64,000 bases of DNA, from positions 1,576 through 65,575 of the IMG/VR virus record IMGVR_UViG_3300025534_000213. One strand, 5' to 3'. Positions within the stretch are counted from its first letter, which is position 1; each line of letters opens with the position of its first letter. The stretch is from a virus. This document shows positions 18,290 to 27,687 of the stretch, one piece after another. The position numbers and the translations under genes were made by a program. Below the pieces are notes generated by a model, which saw only the letters and a program-made list of their open reading frames with translations, was not told the origin of the DNA and made no database searches.

Positions 18290-18563
18290 TCTGCGGCTGT
18301 TCGACTGGTACGAACACACGGACCGGATGCCCGGCGGCCATCTTTCCCCGCGCGACGCGGCGCGCTTCATCCCGAAGATCGACGAGATACTGACGACTTT
18401 CGAGGCAATGGGTGTCCCGTTCTCGCTTCGCATCGACACCGACGATGCGACGCGCCCGCAGTTCCCACTCCAGTGTGGGCTGGTGCTGAGCCTCGATGAT
18501 ACGGCCCTCACCCTGTTCCGGGTGCTCGGCGGGCAATGCTTGTCGGAGTCGTCCCATGCCTGA
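18282..18563 (+). CDS. tandem paralog 2
   Basis: FEAMGVPF...LDDTALTLFRVLGG. Confidence 0.7.
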   Translation: MHDLRLFDWYEHTDRMPGGHLSPRDAARFIPKIDEILTTFEAMGVPFSLRIDTDDATRPQFPLQCGLVLSLDDTALTLFRVLGGQCLSESSHA

Positions 18564-18825
18564 CCTGCTGATCGCCCGCGCGAATCTCTTGAACACCGTG
18601 AGCACCGTGAGTGCGGCCTCCATCGCGATCAGGCTGGCGAACATGGACCCTGCCCTGCTGCATGGCCTGCGGGCGTTGCGGGAGAACGGGATCAGCTATC
18701 GGCTCATCAGGGGCGAGCACAATATCGCGGCAACCGACGAGAAATGGATCGACCTCTTTCTGCGCGTCGATGAGCATGGCGCCGTGCTATACCGGATTTC
18801 CGGCGGGACGGTGCTCAATGGCTGA
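18556..18825 (+). CDS. tandem paralog 3
   Basis: LRENGISY...VDEHGAVLYRISGG. Confidence 0.7.
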   Translation: MPDLLIARANLLNTVSTVSAASIAIRLANMDPALLHGLRALRENGISYRLIRGEHNIAATDEKWIDLFLRVDEHGAVLYRISGGTVLNG

Positions 18826-19108
18826 TCTCGTCATCTTCCGAACCCTGATGCCTCGGTACCTCTATGAGAGGTTAAGCCACAGCCCTCGGTTCATGCTGGG
18901 TTTCGCGGATCGGCGGGTCCTTGACGCACTTGACGAGATGGAACGTCAGGGGGTTCATCATGAAACCTATATCCGCAAGGTGAAGGAGATGGAGGAGGAT
19001 TCCTTGCCGGTCGGGGAAGCAGCTACCGTGGCCGAGGTCCTGTTGCGGACGGATGCCGTTGGGGAAGTGATGTATCGGATACTCGGCGGGCTGCTGTTAG
19101 ACGCCTGA
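18818..19108 (+). CDS. tandem paralog 4
   Basis: MERQGVHH...TDAVGEVMYRILGG. Confidence 0.7.
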   Translation: MADLVIFRTLMPRYLYERLSHSPRFMLGFADRRVLDALDEMERQGVHHETYIRKVKEMEEDSLPVGEAATVAEVLLRTDAVGEVMYRILGGLLLDA

Positions 19109-19183
19109 GCGACGGTGTTCGGCCCTTTCCTTTTCATAACGATTGGTTATCGTGCTGGCATTGCAACAGACAGGGGCAATGCC

Positions 19184-19810
19184 ATGCGAAAGCTGCGAAG
19201 TGCGTTCACTCTCCTCTGTCTCGGCGTACTGGTGTCGGGGTGCATCTCGCCCCGATCCTATGTCGATCAGAGTTTCCAAGGCGCCTCATACGAGGAGATC
19301 AACCGGCGCCGTGAACCCATGCGCGCGACTGTTGTGGTCGAGTTTCAACGCAATGGGGAGACATATTCGGGGGCGCAGCCTCTCCTCCGCGACATTTCCG
19401 AGCGGGTACTGCGTGGGACCGGCGTGATCCTCCCCACACCCGGCGGGCCGGACGGGGTGGTGCGAATCGTGGTAAACAATTTCGGCGACTTGGCTGCCGC
19501 CGCAGCGCGGGGCTTCGGAACGGGCCTGACATTCGGTGCGGTCGGTACCACCGTGACGGACAACTACGAGATGACGATCACGATCACGGCCGGGGGCGTG
19601 ACGCGCAGCAAGTCTGGAATTCGCCACGCATTGCATACCGCCATCGGCAATACGAGCCTGCCCTCCGGCGTGGAACCGGTGACTCCAGACATGGCATTTC
19701 AGCGCGTCGTGGAGGCGATGCTCCTCCGGGCTGTGCGCGACATGCAGCGAGACGGCGATCTGGATGCCCTCGCTACACAGCGGATGCCGGAGGTCCGACC
19801 GACTAGCTGA
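19184..19810 (+). CDS. lipoprotein
   Basis: MRKLRSAFTLLCLGVLVSG-C lipobox; GFGTGLTFGAVG motif. Confidence 0.75.
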   Translation: MRKLRSAFTLLCLGVLVSGCISPRSYVDQSFQGASYEEINRRREPMRATVVVEFQRNGETYSGAQPLLRDISERVLRGTGVILPTPGGPDGVVRIVVNNFGDLAAAAARGFGTGLTFGAVGTTVTDNYEMTITITAGGVTRSKSGIRHALHTAIGNTSLPSGVEPVTPDMAFQRVVEAMLLRAVRDMQRDGDLDALATQRMPEVRPTS

Positions 19811-19887
19811 AATTCACCGGCATGGGCGGTTCTGGCCGTGAGGCCATGTTGCCGCCCAGCCCCACGTCACCACGACCAAAGGGCATT

Positions 19888-19914
19888 TCGCGCCGCTGCT
19901 AAATAGCGGCGTGA
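19888..19914 (+). promoter_or_regulatory. late promoter within a hairpin that sequesters the GTG start codon
   Basis: Stem TCGCGCCGCT / AGCGGCGTGA (10 bp with one G-U), loop GCTAAAT; CTAAATA at 19899-19905. Confidence 0.65.
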
Positions 19915-20234
19915 CTGAAAGCTACATTTACGTCATTGCTGCATCAGAGGCAGGCCCGGTGAAGTTGGGCGTCACTGCCGACCCCGCCCGCCGTCTGAAA
20001 CAGCTACAGACCGGTCATCCCGACCGCCTGACCATCTATCACCACGAGCCTGTTGAGGCCGACCTGTGCAAGGCATATGAGCGCCTGCTCCATCGCGACA
20101 TCAATTACCTGCGGCGACGAGGAGAATGGTTCGACATGACGGTTGCCGAGGCCATTTCGCATGTCCAGTTCACGATCATCCAGTACGGCAACGTCACGGA
20201 CTTGGTGGAAAAGGTACGAACGCACAGGGTGTGA
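19911..20234 (+). CDS. T5orf172/MUG113-type GIY-YIG nuclease-family protein
   Basis: YIYVI...VKLG.T.DP.RRLKQLQTG.P...E..LH...GEWF. Confidence 0.85.
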   Translation: MTESYIYVIAASEAGPVKLGVTADPARRLKQLQTGHPDRLTIYHHEPVEADLCKAYERLLHRDINYLRRRGEWFDMTVAEAISHVQFTIIQYGNVTDLVEKVRTHRV

Positions 20235-20279
20235 AACCCTAAAGCCCTCCGCCTCTGCCCAAAAACCACCAAAAGTAGG

Positions 20280-20308
20280 TTGACCGAACCAGAATAGGGC
20301 GGTAAGCA
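20280..20308 (+). promoter_or_regulatory. sigma70-like promoter
   Basis: A-tract + TTGACC-17 nt-TAAGCA. Confidence 0.5.
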
Positions 20309-20339
20309 TCTGTCCATCAGATAGCCCTCAGAGGTCATC

Positions 20340-20630
20340 ATGGACCAGCAACCGGAACTATTTGAGGCGGACGGCACTCCCATCGGACTTGCCAAGGTCG
20401 AGATCAAGCCGGGCGCGCAGGTACGTCTATATGAAGCCGATGACAGTTACCATGACGGCGAAATTATGAGCGTCGAGAACGGGATTGCCGTGGTCGATTT
20501 CTACGACTGGGTACAGGCGTGGCCAGTGACCGATCTCCGTATATACGAATATGCCATGCTGGCTTTCACCATCATTCCGGCCTCCCCCGGCCAGATCATC
20601 GCTGACTATCGCACACAGCAGGCCGCGTAA
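20340..20630 (+). CDS. hypothetical protein
   Basis: GAGG RBS; 96 aa, acidic and beta-rich. Confidence 0.6.
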   Translation: MDQQPELFEADGTPIGLAKVEIKPGAQVRLYEADDSYHDGEIMSVENGIAVVDFYDWVQAWPVTDLRIYEYAMLAFTIIPASPGQIIADYRTQQAA

Positions 20631-20637
20631 AATCGGG

Positions 20638-20665
20638 TTGACGCACCATATTATTTCAGTATGGT
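20638..20665 (+). promoter_or_regulatory. sigma70-like promoter for rIIA/rIIB
   Basis: TTGACG-16 nt-TATGGT. Confidence 0.6.
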
Positions 20666-20708
20666 GCGCCTCGACTGTTTTCAAGAACGATTTCAGAAGG
20701 GATACACG

Positions 20709-22847
20709 ATGAAGTTGGCCGAGGCCGCGCGCGAGATCGAGCGTTTCTCGCTGCCTGCCGAACAGACTTTCCGAATCAAGACGACCGGGCGGGCCTTTCG
20801 CATCCTGTCCAGCGGTCTGTACCGCAACAAGATTCGAGCCATCATCCGCGAGCTAAGCTGCAACGCCTTCGATGCGCATGTGATGGCAGGCTGCCGGGAT
20901 AAGCCCTTCCGCGTCCATTTGCCGAACGCGCTGGAACCGTTCTTTTCGGTTCGCGACGATGGCGTGGGCCTGTCGCGCGATGACGTGGTGAACGTTTTCA
21001 CGGTGTATTTCGAGAGCCCCAAGACGGGCACGAACGATCTCATCGGCGGCCTTGGCCTCGGCTCCAAGGCGCCCTTCTCCTACGTGGACAGCTATACGGT
21101 CACCAGCCGCTTCAACGGCATCAAGACCACCTATGCCGCCTTCATCAACGAGAGCGGCCAGCCCGCCATCGCGCCCATGAGCGAGGAACCGACCGACGAA
21201 GGCAATGGCGTCGAGGTGATGGTGCCAGTGGCCCATTCGAAGGATTTCGCGGAGTTCCGCAGCGAGGCGCGGGACGTGCTGTCCCGCTTCGAGGTCCGTC
21301 CGGAGGTGGTCGGCTGCGCCGAATTCACTTTCATCGACCACGAGCCCTTCCTGAGGGGTACTGGCTGGTCCCTGCCCAAGCGTCTGATTGGAGACGGCTA
21401 CTACTCATCGATGCATCACGCTACCGCGCTGATGGGGAATGTCGCTTACCCGATCACCCCGAACGGGCTCGGGGCGTTGGACGAGCGCGCGCTGACCATC
21501 CTCTCCACGCCTCTGGACATCGAATTCCCCATCGGGGCGCTCGACGTGACGGCCGGGCGCGAGGAACTCTCCTACGACAAGCCGACACTGGCCGCGCTTG
21601 AAGCCCGCGCGCTTGAGATCGCGGCCGAAGCGCCTGCCGTCATCCAGAAGTTGTTCGACGAGTGCCGGACCGAGGTTGAGGCGCGCCGTCTCTACGGCAA
21701 GCTGTTCGGCTACCGTGGCATCGGCGGGAGGCTGGTCGATGTCGGCAAGAACCCGCCGACCTTCCGGGGCAAGCCGGTCACCAGCAAGGACTTCACGGTG
21801 GAGATGGAGAAGTTCGAGGGGCTGCGCTTATTGTACTACTACGACAGGCGCTCCAAGTACTCGCGCTATACCTACATGGCGAAGTCGAGCAGTGACACCC
21901 TCTACCTGCCTTGCGACGAGAACATCACCATCGTGCTGGACGATCTTCCGAGGGGGATGATCTCGCGGATCAACCGCCTGCGCATGACGGAGCCGACCAA
22001 TTCCGTGCTGCTGGTGCAGCGCGTTGCCGAGGATGCCGAGTTCGATGAACTCATCGCCCTGCTCGACGGCTTCAAGATCGTAAAGGGCTCGGAGCTTCCG
22101 AAGCCGCCCCCGGCGCCGCGCGGCAAGACCGTGAAGGTGAAGGTGCTCAATGTCGATGCCTGCAATCACAGCGCGCTTCATCAAGATTCGTGGGATGATG
22201 TGGAGATCGAGGACATCGATGCGGCCGAAGGCGGCATCTACACCATGCGGCGCGGCCATATGGCGGTGGGCAAGAATGGCTCGATTGACCACGAGTTCCT
22301 GACCATCGTGCAATTAGCCACCGGGCTCGGCCTGCTGGGCAAGAACGAGAAGATTTACGGTCTGCACAAGGATGCGCTCAAGACGCTCAGCGCGCAGGGT
22401 GAGTGGCGCGACTTCCGCGAGGTCGTTACGGAGGCCGTGACCCGGCGCGTCACCGATCCAGCGATCATCCGGGCGCTTGCCAACCGGGCGCAGATCACGA
22501 GCCTGAATTCGAGCGTCTACTATCTGGATCGCAACCGGGGTCTGCTGCGGCAAATGGCTCGGCTGCTGCCCGAGGACCATGACCTTCGCGTGTTTGTCAT
22601 GGACTGGGGAACGGCTTTGGTATCGAAGAACGACCTCGATAGTCTGATACTTCTCTGCACCATGCTTGGCGTGCATCAGGAGGTGCCGAACCTGCCGCCG
22701 CTCGTGGACCGCTGGTTCGCGATCATGGAGCGGTATCCGTTGCTCCACGTGTTGGAGACCTACAGGAACAAATCCTTCGAGCCGGACCATCTCGTCGATT
22801 ATGTCCGGTGGATCGACACAAAGGAGGTAGCAAAGGCGGCAGCCTGA
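20709..22847 (+). CDS. rIIA: rIIA-like protein (N-terminal GHKL ATPase)
   Basis: AFRILSSGLYRNKIRAIIRELSCNA.DAH, RDDGVGLS, GGLGLGSKAPFSY, MGNVAYP, GREELSY; followed by rIIB. Confidence 0.9.
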   Translation: MKLAEAAREIERFSLPAEQTFRIKTTGRAFRILSSGLYRNKIRAIIRELSCNAFDAHVMAGCRDKPFRVHLPNALEPFFSVRDDGVGLSRDDVVNVFTVYFESPKTGTNDLIGGLGLGSKAPFSYVDSYTVTSRFNGIKTTYAAFINESGQPAIAPMSEEPTDEGNGVEVMVPVAHSKDFAEFRSEARDVLSRFEVRPEVVGCAEFTFIDHEPFLRGTGWSLPKRLIGDGYYSSMHHATALMGNVAYPITPNGLGALDERALTILSTPLDIEFPIGALDVTAGREELSYDKPTLAALEARALEIAAEAPAVIQKLFDECRTEVEARRLYGKLFGYRGIGGRLVDVGKNPPTFRGKPVTSKDFTVEMEKFEGLRLLYYYDRRSKYSRYTYMAKSSSDTLYLPCDENITIVLDDLPRGMISRINRLRMTEPTNSVLLVQRVAEDAEFDELIALLDGFKIVKGSELPKPPPAPRGKTVKVKVLNVDACNHSALHQDSWDDVEIEDIDAAEGGIYTMRRGHMAVGKNGSIDHEFLTIVQLATGLGLLGKNEKIYGLHKDALKTLSAQGEWRDFREVVTEAVTRRVTDPAIIRALANRAQITSLNSSVYYLDRNRGLLRQMARLLPEDHDLRVFVMDWGTALVSKNDLDSLILLCTMLGVHQEVPNLPPLVDRWFAIMERYPLLHVLETYRNKSFEPDHLVDYVRWIDTKEVAKAAA

Positions 22848-22909
22848 CGCTATAATGGTGACGTACTGAAATCCGCATTTCCAGAATCCCGTTCAGAAAG
22901 AGGTTATTC

Positions 22910-24256
22910 ATGGCTGTTCCCTTCGCTGCGGTGGTGACACCGGACAGCATCGTTTTCACGTCTCCCGACGGCAAGACGCACACCATCTCGTCGCAGCACG
23001 AGAATTTCCAGTCTGCCCGCGACACCATCAAGGCGGTGCAGGCGGCCCGCAATGCAGGCGACGATGCCGGGGCCACGGCCCAGATCGAGCGGCTGGTCGC
23101 GCTGGTGAATCCGGCGCAGGTGATCGTCGAGAAGGGCGAGGGCAAGGTCGAGGTGCGCGATGGCGTCGTCTACTACGAGGGCGAGCCGGTCTACAGCGCG
23201 CTGACCGAGCGCATCCTGTGGGGGTTGTCCGAGGGCTATGACATGAAGCCCTACATCAACTTCCTCGCCAATGTGCAGCAGAACCCGTCGAAGCGCGCCG
23301 TGGACGAACTGTTCACCTTCGTGGAGCGCAACAAGATGGGCATCACCGAGGACGGCTACATCCTCGGCTACAAGCGCGTGCGCGGCGATTTCAAGGACAT
23401 CTACACCGGGACCATTGACAACAGCCCCGGTCAGATCGTGACCATGCCGCGAAACAAGGTGAACGACAATCCGAACGCGACCTGCTCGCACGGCCTGCAC
23501 TTCTGCTCGCAATCCTACCTGCCGCATTACGGTGCGGGCGAAGGCAACCGGATCGTCATCGTGAAGGTCAACCCGGCCGATGTGGTGTCGGTGCCGGTGG
23601 ACTACAACGCGGCGAAAGTCCGCTGCTGCCGCTATGAGGTGCTGAGCGAGTATACCGGCACCGACAAGGACGATCTGCTGGGCACCAAGGCGGTGTTCCA
23701 GACCGCCGAGTTCACCGGCCACTACGGCTCCGGAACCGAGGTCTGCAAGGGCGAGATGGTCGAATTCATCGGCGATGAGGGAAGCTATGACCATCTGGGC
23801 GCCGACCAAGACCTGATTTACGGGAACCTCTACGAGGTCGAGGACGTACACGCGGGCGAGGTCAAGATCGCGGGCGTCTGGGTCTCGATGGACGATGTGG
23901 CCCCGGCAGCGGCGAGCGAGGACCTCGATTCCGATGGCTTCTTCGACGATTATTCCGACGAGTACTCCGAGGATTACTCCGAGGATTACTCCGAGGAGGT
24001 CTATTCCGAGGACTACTCCGAGGAGGGCACTGCGGACGGTCCGTCTGCCCCGGCCGGGGACATGACCGAGGCCGGGGACGATGTGGCGGCGCAGACGGCT
24101 CCGCAGGCGCCCGTGGCCGAGCCGGAGCCCCAGAGCACCCCGGAGGCTCTCCGAGCCCCTGAGGTGGCCCCTGCGGCGCAGCAGCAGGCAACCCCGGCCG
24201 CTCCGGTGACCTTCCGGGTGGACCCGAGGACCGGGACGATCTTCCCGGTCCGGTGA
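22910..24256 (+). CDS. rIIB: rIIB-like protein with acidic/low-complexity C-terminal extension
   Basis: NPSKRAVDELFTF, ITEDG..LGYK.V, MPRNKVNDNP..TCSHGLH, VKVNPADVVSVP.DYN..K.RCCRYEV. Confidence 0.9.
   Translation: MAVPFAAVVTPDSIVFTSPDGKTHTISSQHENFQSARDTIKAVQAARNAGDDAGATAQIERLVALVNPAQVIVEKGEGKVEVRDGVVYYEGEPVYSALTERILWGLSEGYDMKPYINFLANVQQNPSKRAVDELFTFVERNKMGITEDGYILGYKRVRGDFKDIYTGTIDNSPGQIVTMPRNKVNDNPNATCSHGLHFCSQSYLPHYGAGEGNRIVIVKVNPADVVSVPVDYNAAKVRCCRYEVLSEYTGTDKDDLLGTKAVFQTAEFTGHYGSGTEVCKGEMVEFIGDEGSYDHLGADQDLIYGNLYEVEDVHAGEVKIAGVWVSMDDVAPAAASEDLDSDGFFDDYSDEYSEDYSEDYSEEVYSEDYSEEGTADGPSAPAGDMTEAGDDVAAQTAPQAPVAEPEPQSTPEALRAPEVAPAAQQQATPAAPVTFRVDPRTGTIFPVR
23945..24025 (+). repeat. 12-nt tandem coding repeat (D/E-Y-S-E) in rIIB
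   Basis: GATTACTCCGAG-like units encoding DDYSDEYSEDYSEDYSEEVYSEDYSEE. Confidence 0.85.
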
Positions 24257-24277
24257 TCCCCGCTTCCGGCTGACTGC

Positions 24278-24314
24278 AAAGGGCTCCCCCGGCAACGGGC
24301 GGAGCCCTTTCTTT
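24278..24314 (+). terminator. Rho-independent terminator
   Basis: AAAGGGCTCC...GGAGCCCTTT followed by CTTT after the rIIB stop. Confidence 0.7.
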
Positions 24315-24420
24315 CAGGCGACCCCGGACGGAACCGAAAAAACGTGGTTGACCGGAAATATTTCTGGACAACGCGGAACGGACGCGGTACACGCGCTGCC
24401 TTGACCCAAGCCGACGGGGG

Positions 24421-24789
24421 ATGACGGCGATGCAGACCAAAGTGCTTGACGATCCGAGTGAGGCCAAGGAAGTCCGTGCGCGCCGTGAGAGCGTCCTCCG
24501 GGCGCTGAACCCCGGCGATACCGTGGCGATCCGCGAGACCCATGGCAGCCTGCTGCGCTTCACCATCACGGAGGTCGTGTCGAATAGCCGGGGCCGGATC
24601 GAGACCAAGGCGGCGAACGCCTATGGCTACAACCGATGGTACTGCAAGAGCGGCAAGAACACGATGCAGCCCGTCGGGCAGTCCTCGCTTGTCGAAGCGA
24701 CGCCCGAGGTGAGGGCGTGGGCCGAGCGGTTCGGCAAGATCGGCTACGGCTGGTACCGCACCCGCCACTCACCGAACTGGTGGGACTGA
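24421..24789 (+). CDS. hypothetical protein
   Basis: 122-aa ORF with phage-like codon bias. Confidence 0.6.
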   Translation: MTAMQTKVLDDPSEAKEVRARRESVLRALNPGDTVAIRETHGSLLRFTITEVVSNSRGRIETKAANAYGYNRWYCKSGKNTMQPVGQSSLVEATPEVRAWAERFGKIGYGWYRTRHSPNWWD

Positions 24790-24832
24790 CCGGGAACCGG
24801 AAAAATGCGGAAGCGATGACCGAATAAGTCGG

Positions 24833-24860
24833 TTGACGACTCACCGTCCGCTGCTATTTT
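24833..24860 (+). promoter_or_regulatory. sigma70-like promoter
   Basis: TTGACG-16 nt-TATTTT. Confidence 0.55.
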
Positions 24861-24885
24861 CAGGATCGGACTTGGAGAAGGCGAC

Positions 24886-25287
24886 ATGCGCGACGAAGCT
24901 AGCGTGAAGATCGAGGACGAGGGCGAGGTCTCCGCCGAATCCGGATATCGTCGCAAGACCGACCGCGAGATCAAGCAGCTTGCCCTTGATCTGGTCGAGG
25001 GCCGGGCCTTCGTAAGCTGGCAGTTGACCGAGTGGGAAAAGCACCTGCTCCCCATGGTGTTCATGGGGCTGACCTTCCTGAACGATGTCCAGCTAAAGGA
25101 GTTGGAGCGCGACAAGATCGAGCATTTCTACGGCCACTACGTGGACGCCCTGCCCCGCTCGATCAACGGCCTGCCGATGTTCGGCAAATTCGGCATGTTG
25201 ACCATGGAGGACGCGGTGCGGGTCAACGACGCCGCCAAGAAGCTGATCGAGGCCCGCAAGCGGTTCGTCGAGAGCGAGGAGGGGTGA
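24886..25287 (+). CDS. hypothetical phage protein
   Basis: GGAG RBS; ALPRSINGLPMF motif. Confidence 0.65.
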   Translation: MRDEASVKIEDEGEVSAESGYRRKTDREIKQLALDLVEGRAFVSWQLTEWEKHLLPMVFMGLTFLNDVQLKELERDKIEHFYGHYVDALPRSINGLPMFGKFGMLTMEDAVRVNDAAKKLIEARKRFVESEEG

Positions 25288-25296
25288 TCCGCGACG

Positions 25297-25605
25297 GTGG
25301 CCCGCTTCAAGCTCTGCACCGAGATTCTGGATACCCATCTCGAACCGTGGGTGCATCTCGCCTACCTGTGCGGCGCCTATGGGACGCCGGACAATGAGGA
25401 ACAGGACGAGCGGATGGCGGCCCTAATCCGGTGGCTCGACGAGCGCGGCACCCCCTATCACTTCGAATGGAGCGAGGACCGCGAGCCAGCGGATGATCTC
25501 GGCCCCAAGCCCGCCGAGGTGACCTATTTCATCGTGGTTCCGGAGGAGGACGCATCGCTGGCCCTTCTCTTTCACAACGAATCGCTGCGAGGGCGAATTG
25601 TATGA
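25297..25605 (+). CDS. small phage paralog-family protein
   Basis: IRWLDERGTPY...VPEEDASLALLF, resembling the 11793 gene. Confidence 0.6.
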   Translation: MARFKLCTEILDTHLEPWVHLAYLCGAYGTPDNEEQDERMAALIRWLDERGTPYHFEWSEDREPADDLGPKPAEVTYFIVVPEEDASLALLFHNESLRGRIV

Positions 25606-25865
25606 GGCTGACGAACGAGCAATGGGCGGAGGTCAAGCCGCCCTTCTGGTACATCCGGGTCGAGGGCGAAGGTTGGACCACGATCCACCGGGAAATGATC
25701 TGCAAATGGATCGAAGCCCATTGTGGGGGCTGGTTCTACTACGACGGCGCCAAGACCTACGTGTTCGAGCGCAGCGGCGATTACATGATGTTCCGGATTT
25801 GGATCAAGGGTGATCCCTTTGCGGCAAGCGAGGGCGAGATCGGCGTACCGGAGCAGGTGGAGTAG
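25602..25865 (+). CDS. small phage paralog-family protein
   Basis: ICKWIEAHCGGWFY...VFERSGDYMMFRIW; ATGA overlap. Confidence 0.65.
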   Translation: MRLTNEQWAEVKPPFWYIRVEGEGWTTIHREMICKWIEAHCGGWFYYDGAKTYVFERSGDYMMFRIWIKGDPFAASEGEIGVPEQVE

Positions 25866-25870
25866 GCGCA

Positions 25871-26128
25871 TTGCGGGCCAGCAAGTCCGCAATGCGGTTG
25901 GCGAGGAATTGGCGGCTTGGCTGGCGTGACGCGAGCCGCCTGCCGCACATGGCCTGCGTGTCGCACGAGAAAGTCAGTCGTGGTGAAAATCTCGGCGAGG
26001 ATTTGGAAGCGGAGATCGACCGCTGGTGCGAGGAGAACACCAAGGGGTACTGGGGGTCCTTCGCCGCGAACTGCTGGGCCTTTGAACTCAAGGAGGATGC
26101 GGCCCTGTTCATGACCTTCTGGTGCTGA
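25871..26128 (+). CDS. small phage paralog-family protein
   Basis: IDRWCEENTKGYW...AFELKEDAALFMTFW. Confidence 0.65.
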   Translation: MRASKSAMRLARNWRLGWRDASRLPHMACVSHEKVSRGENLGEDLEAEIDRWCEENTKGYWGSFAANCWAFELKEDAALFMTFWC

Positions 26129-26155
26129 CCCGGCAACCGGCCGCAGGCCCGGCTC

Positions 26156-27406
26156 TCAGGACCGGCCGGTGAGCAGCCGGGTCAGGATGTCACTGATGTC
26201 GCGGCCGGTGCGCTGATATTCGACCGGGTTGCCATCCGCATCGAAGGTCGCGTGGTCGATCCAGTCATACAGATGCGTGGTGCCATCGGCGCCGGGCGTC
26301 TGAACCTGAATGCGGCGGATCGGGGACTGCGGCGTGAGGCCGCGCAGGCTCAGCAGGAAGGTGTCGCGCTGGTCGTGGGGAAGGAGGTCCCGGATGTCCT
26401 TCCCTGTCAGGGAGGCGCGCTCGGCGCCGTAGTAGCGGCAGAACGCCTCGTTGGCGAAGGCGATGCGGAAATCCGGACCGAAGCAGCAGATCATGTCCAC
26501 GCCATTGTCGCGGTGGGCGGCGGTCTCAAGGCGGCGCATTGCCGAAACATCCTTGACCGTCATCAGGCAGGCGGGGGCATCGTTCCACATGATGGTGGCG
26601 CTCGACAGCAGCAATTGCACGGTGGTGCCGTCATTGCGCACCGCATTTGCCTCGACCGGCCCATCCGAGGCGGTGTCGTCCATCGCCGCGACGCGCGTCC
26701 GGTCGCGCTCGACCATCAGCGTCTCGACGGGCAGCGTCAGCAGGCTTTCGGCGGAGCGGCCGAAGGTGGCGCCAGCGGCACGGTTCGCCGCGACCACGCG
26801 CCCTTCCTGCACGATCAGGATGCCGTCGAAGGACACGTCGAACAGGCTGTGGTAGCGGGCCTCGTGCAGTTCGGCGGCCCGGCGCGCCGCGATGCAGGTG
26901 CTCATGTCCCGTACCAGCATCAGCACCACGGTGGTGCCGTCGGTGCGGTCGAGGCGGGTGGTGCTGGCCTCGATGGGAAACACCTCGCCATTGGCGCGGA
27001 GGCCCTTGAGCGGCGCGTTGTCGCTTGCGCCATCCTCATTCGCGTGCATCGCCGTCCAGAGGTCGTCACAGGACGCCGGGACCTTGCCGTGGTAGCGGAA
27101 CAGGTCGATGACCCGCGTGTTGATCAGGCTGCGGGAGGCGAAGATGTGCTCGGCGGCTGGATTGACGGCTTTCACCTTGCCGTCCGCGTCGCAGACGAGC
27201 AGCGCGTCGGTCAGCAGGCGGACGGTGGACTCGAACTGGCGGATCGAATCCTCAAGGTGCTGCCGGAGCCGTGTCGTCACCAGATGCGCGGCATCGGCGG
27301 TGGTGGTTGCGGCTTCAAGGAGGGCAAGCTGGCTCTGCGCGACCTTGCGGCGACGTTCCTCGTCCTTGACCTGCGCAGCGCGCTTGCGCGAGGAGAAGGG
27401 CCACAT
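26156..27406 (-). CDS. multi-PAS sensor protein (three PAS/PAC domains, no output domain)
   Basis: DADG.VKAVNPAAE.IF, GLRANGEVFPIEAS...VRD; DGILIVQEGRVVAANRAA...RNDGT...VKD; FANEAFCRYYG...DADG.PVEYQRTGRDIS. Confidence 0.85.
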   Translation of the reverse strand: MWPFSSRKRAAQVKDEERRRKVAQSQLALLEAATTTADAAHLVTTRLRQHLEDSIRQFESTVRLLTDALLVCDADGKVKAVNPAAEHIFASRSLINTRVIDLFRYHGKVPASCDDLWTAMHANEDGASDNAPLKGLRANGEVFPIEASTTRLDRTDGTTVVLMLVRDMSTCIAARRAAELHEARYHSLFDVSFDGILIVQEGRVVAANRAAGATFGRSAESLLTLPVETLMVERDRTRVAAMDDTASDGPVEANAVRNDGTTVQLLLSSATIMWNDAPACLMTVKDVSAMRRLETAAHRDNGVDMICCFGPDFRIAFANEAFCRYYGAERASLTGKDIRDLLPHDQRDTFLLSLRGLTPQSPIRRIQVQTPGADGTTHLYDWIDHATFDADGNPVEYQRTGRDISDILTRLLTGRS

Positions 27407-27407
27407 G

Positions 27408-27656
27408 TCACAGCTTGCCCTTGAGGTCGTACAGCACGTTCTTGAGGGAATTCAGGGCCTCGGAGAGGGTGAGGTTCCCCTTGTAGTAGTCGTCCACGAT
27501 CTTATCGATCTTGTCGTCCTTCCGCGTGATCTCGGCAAGGAGACGGCGGCGGTCGATGCAGAGGCCGACGATGATGAGCACCAACACGGCAATGATGGCT
27601 GTCGGGCCACCATTCGCGAGCAGGGTGATGATGCTGGTAATGCTTTCCAAATCCAC
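27408..27656 (-). CDS. small single-TM membrane protein (holin-like)
   Basis: One TM segment (TAIIAVLVLIIVGLCI), then RRR and a charged/coiled-coil tail; late promoter upstream. Confidence 0.6.
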   Translation of the reverse strand: MDLESITSIITLLANGGPTAIIAVLVLIIVGLCIDRRRLLAEITRKDDKIDKIVDDYYKGNLTLSEALNSLKNVLYDLKGKL

Positions 27657-27687
27657 GGCCGACCACCGATTTTTCTGGGTTCGGCCG

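Larger units (their letters stand above)
17871..18336 (+). repeat. imperfect 86-bp direct repeat (17871-17956 and 18251-18336)
   Basis: 75/86 identical by hand alignment; spans a gene end/gene start junction (...GG.IPYG...HA* / MHDL.LFDW.EH.DR.PG). Confidence 0.9.

Noticed and set aside
17871-18336. DGR template/variable repeat pair
   Set aside because: 7 of 11 mismatches are at T in copy 1 but the rest are not; the repeat spans a gene junction and there is no reverse transcriptase in the window
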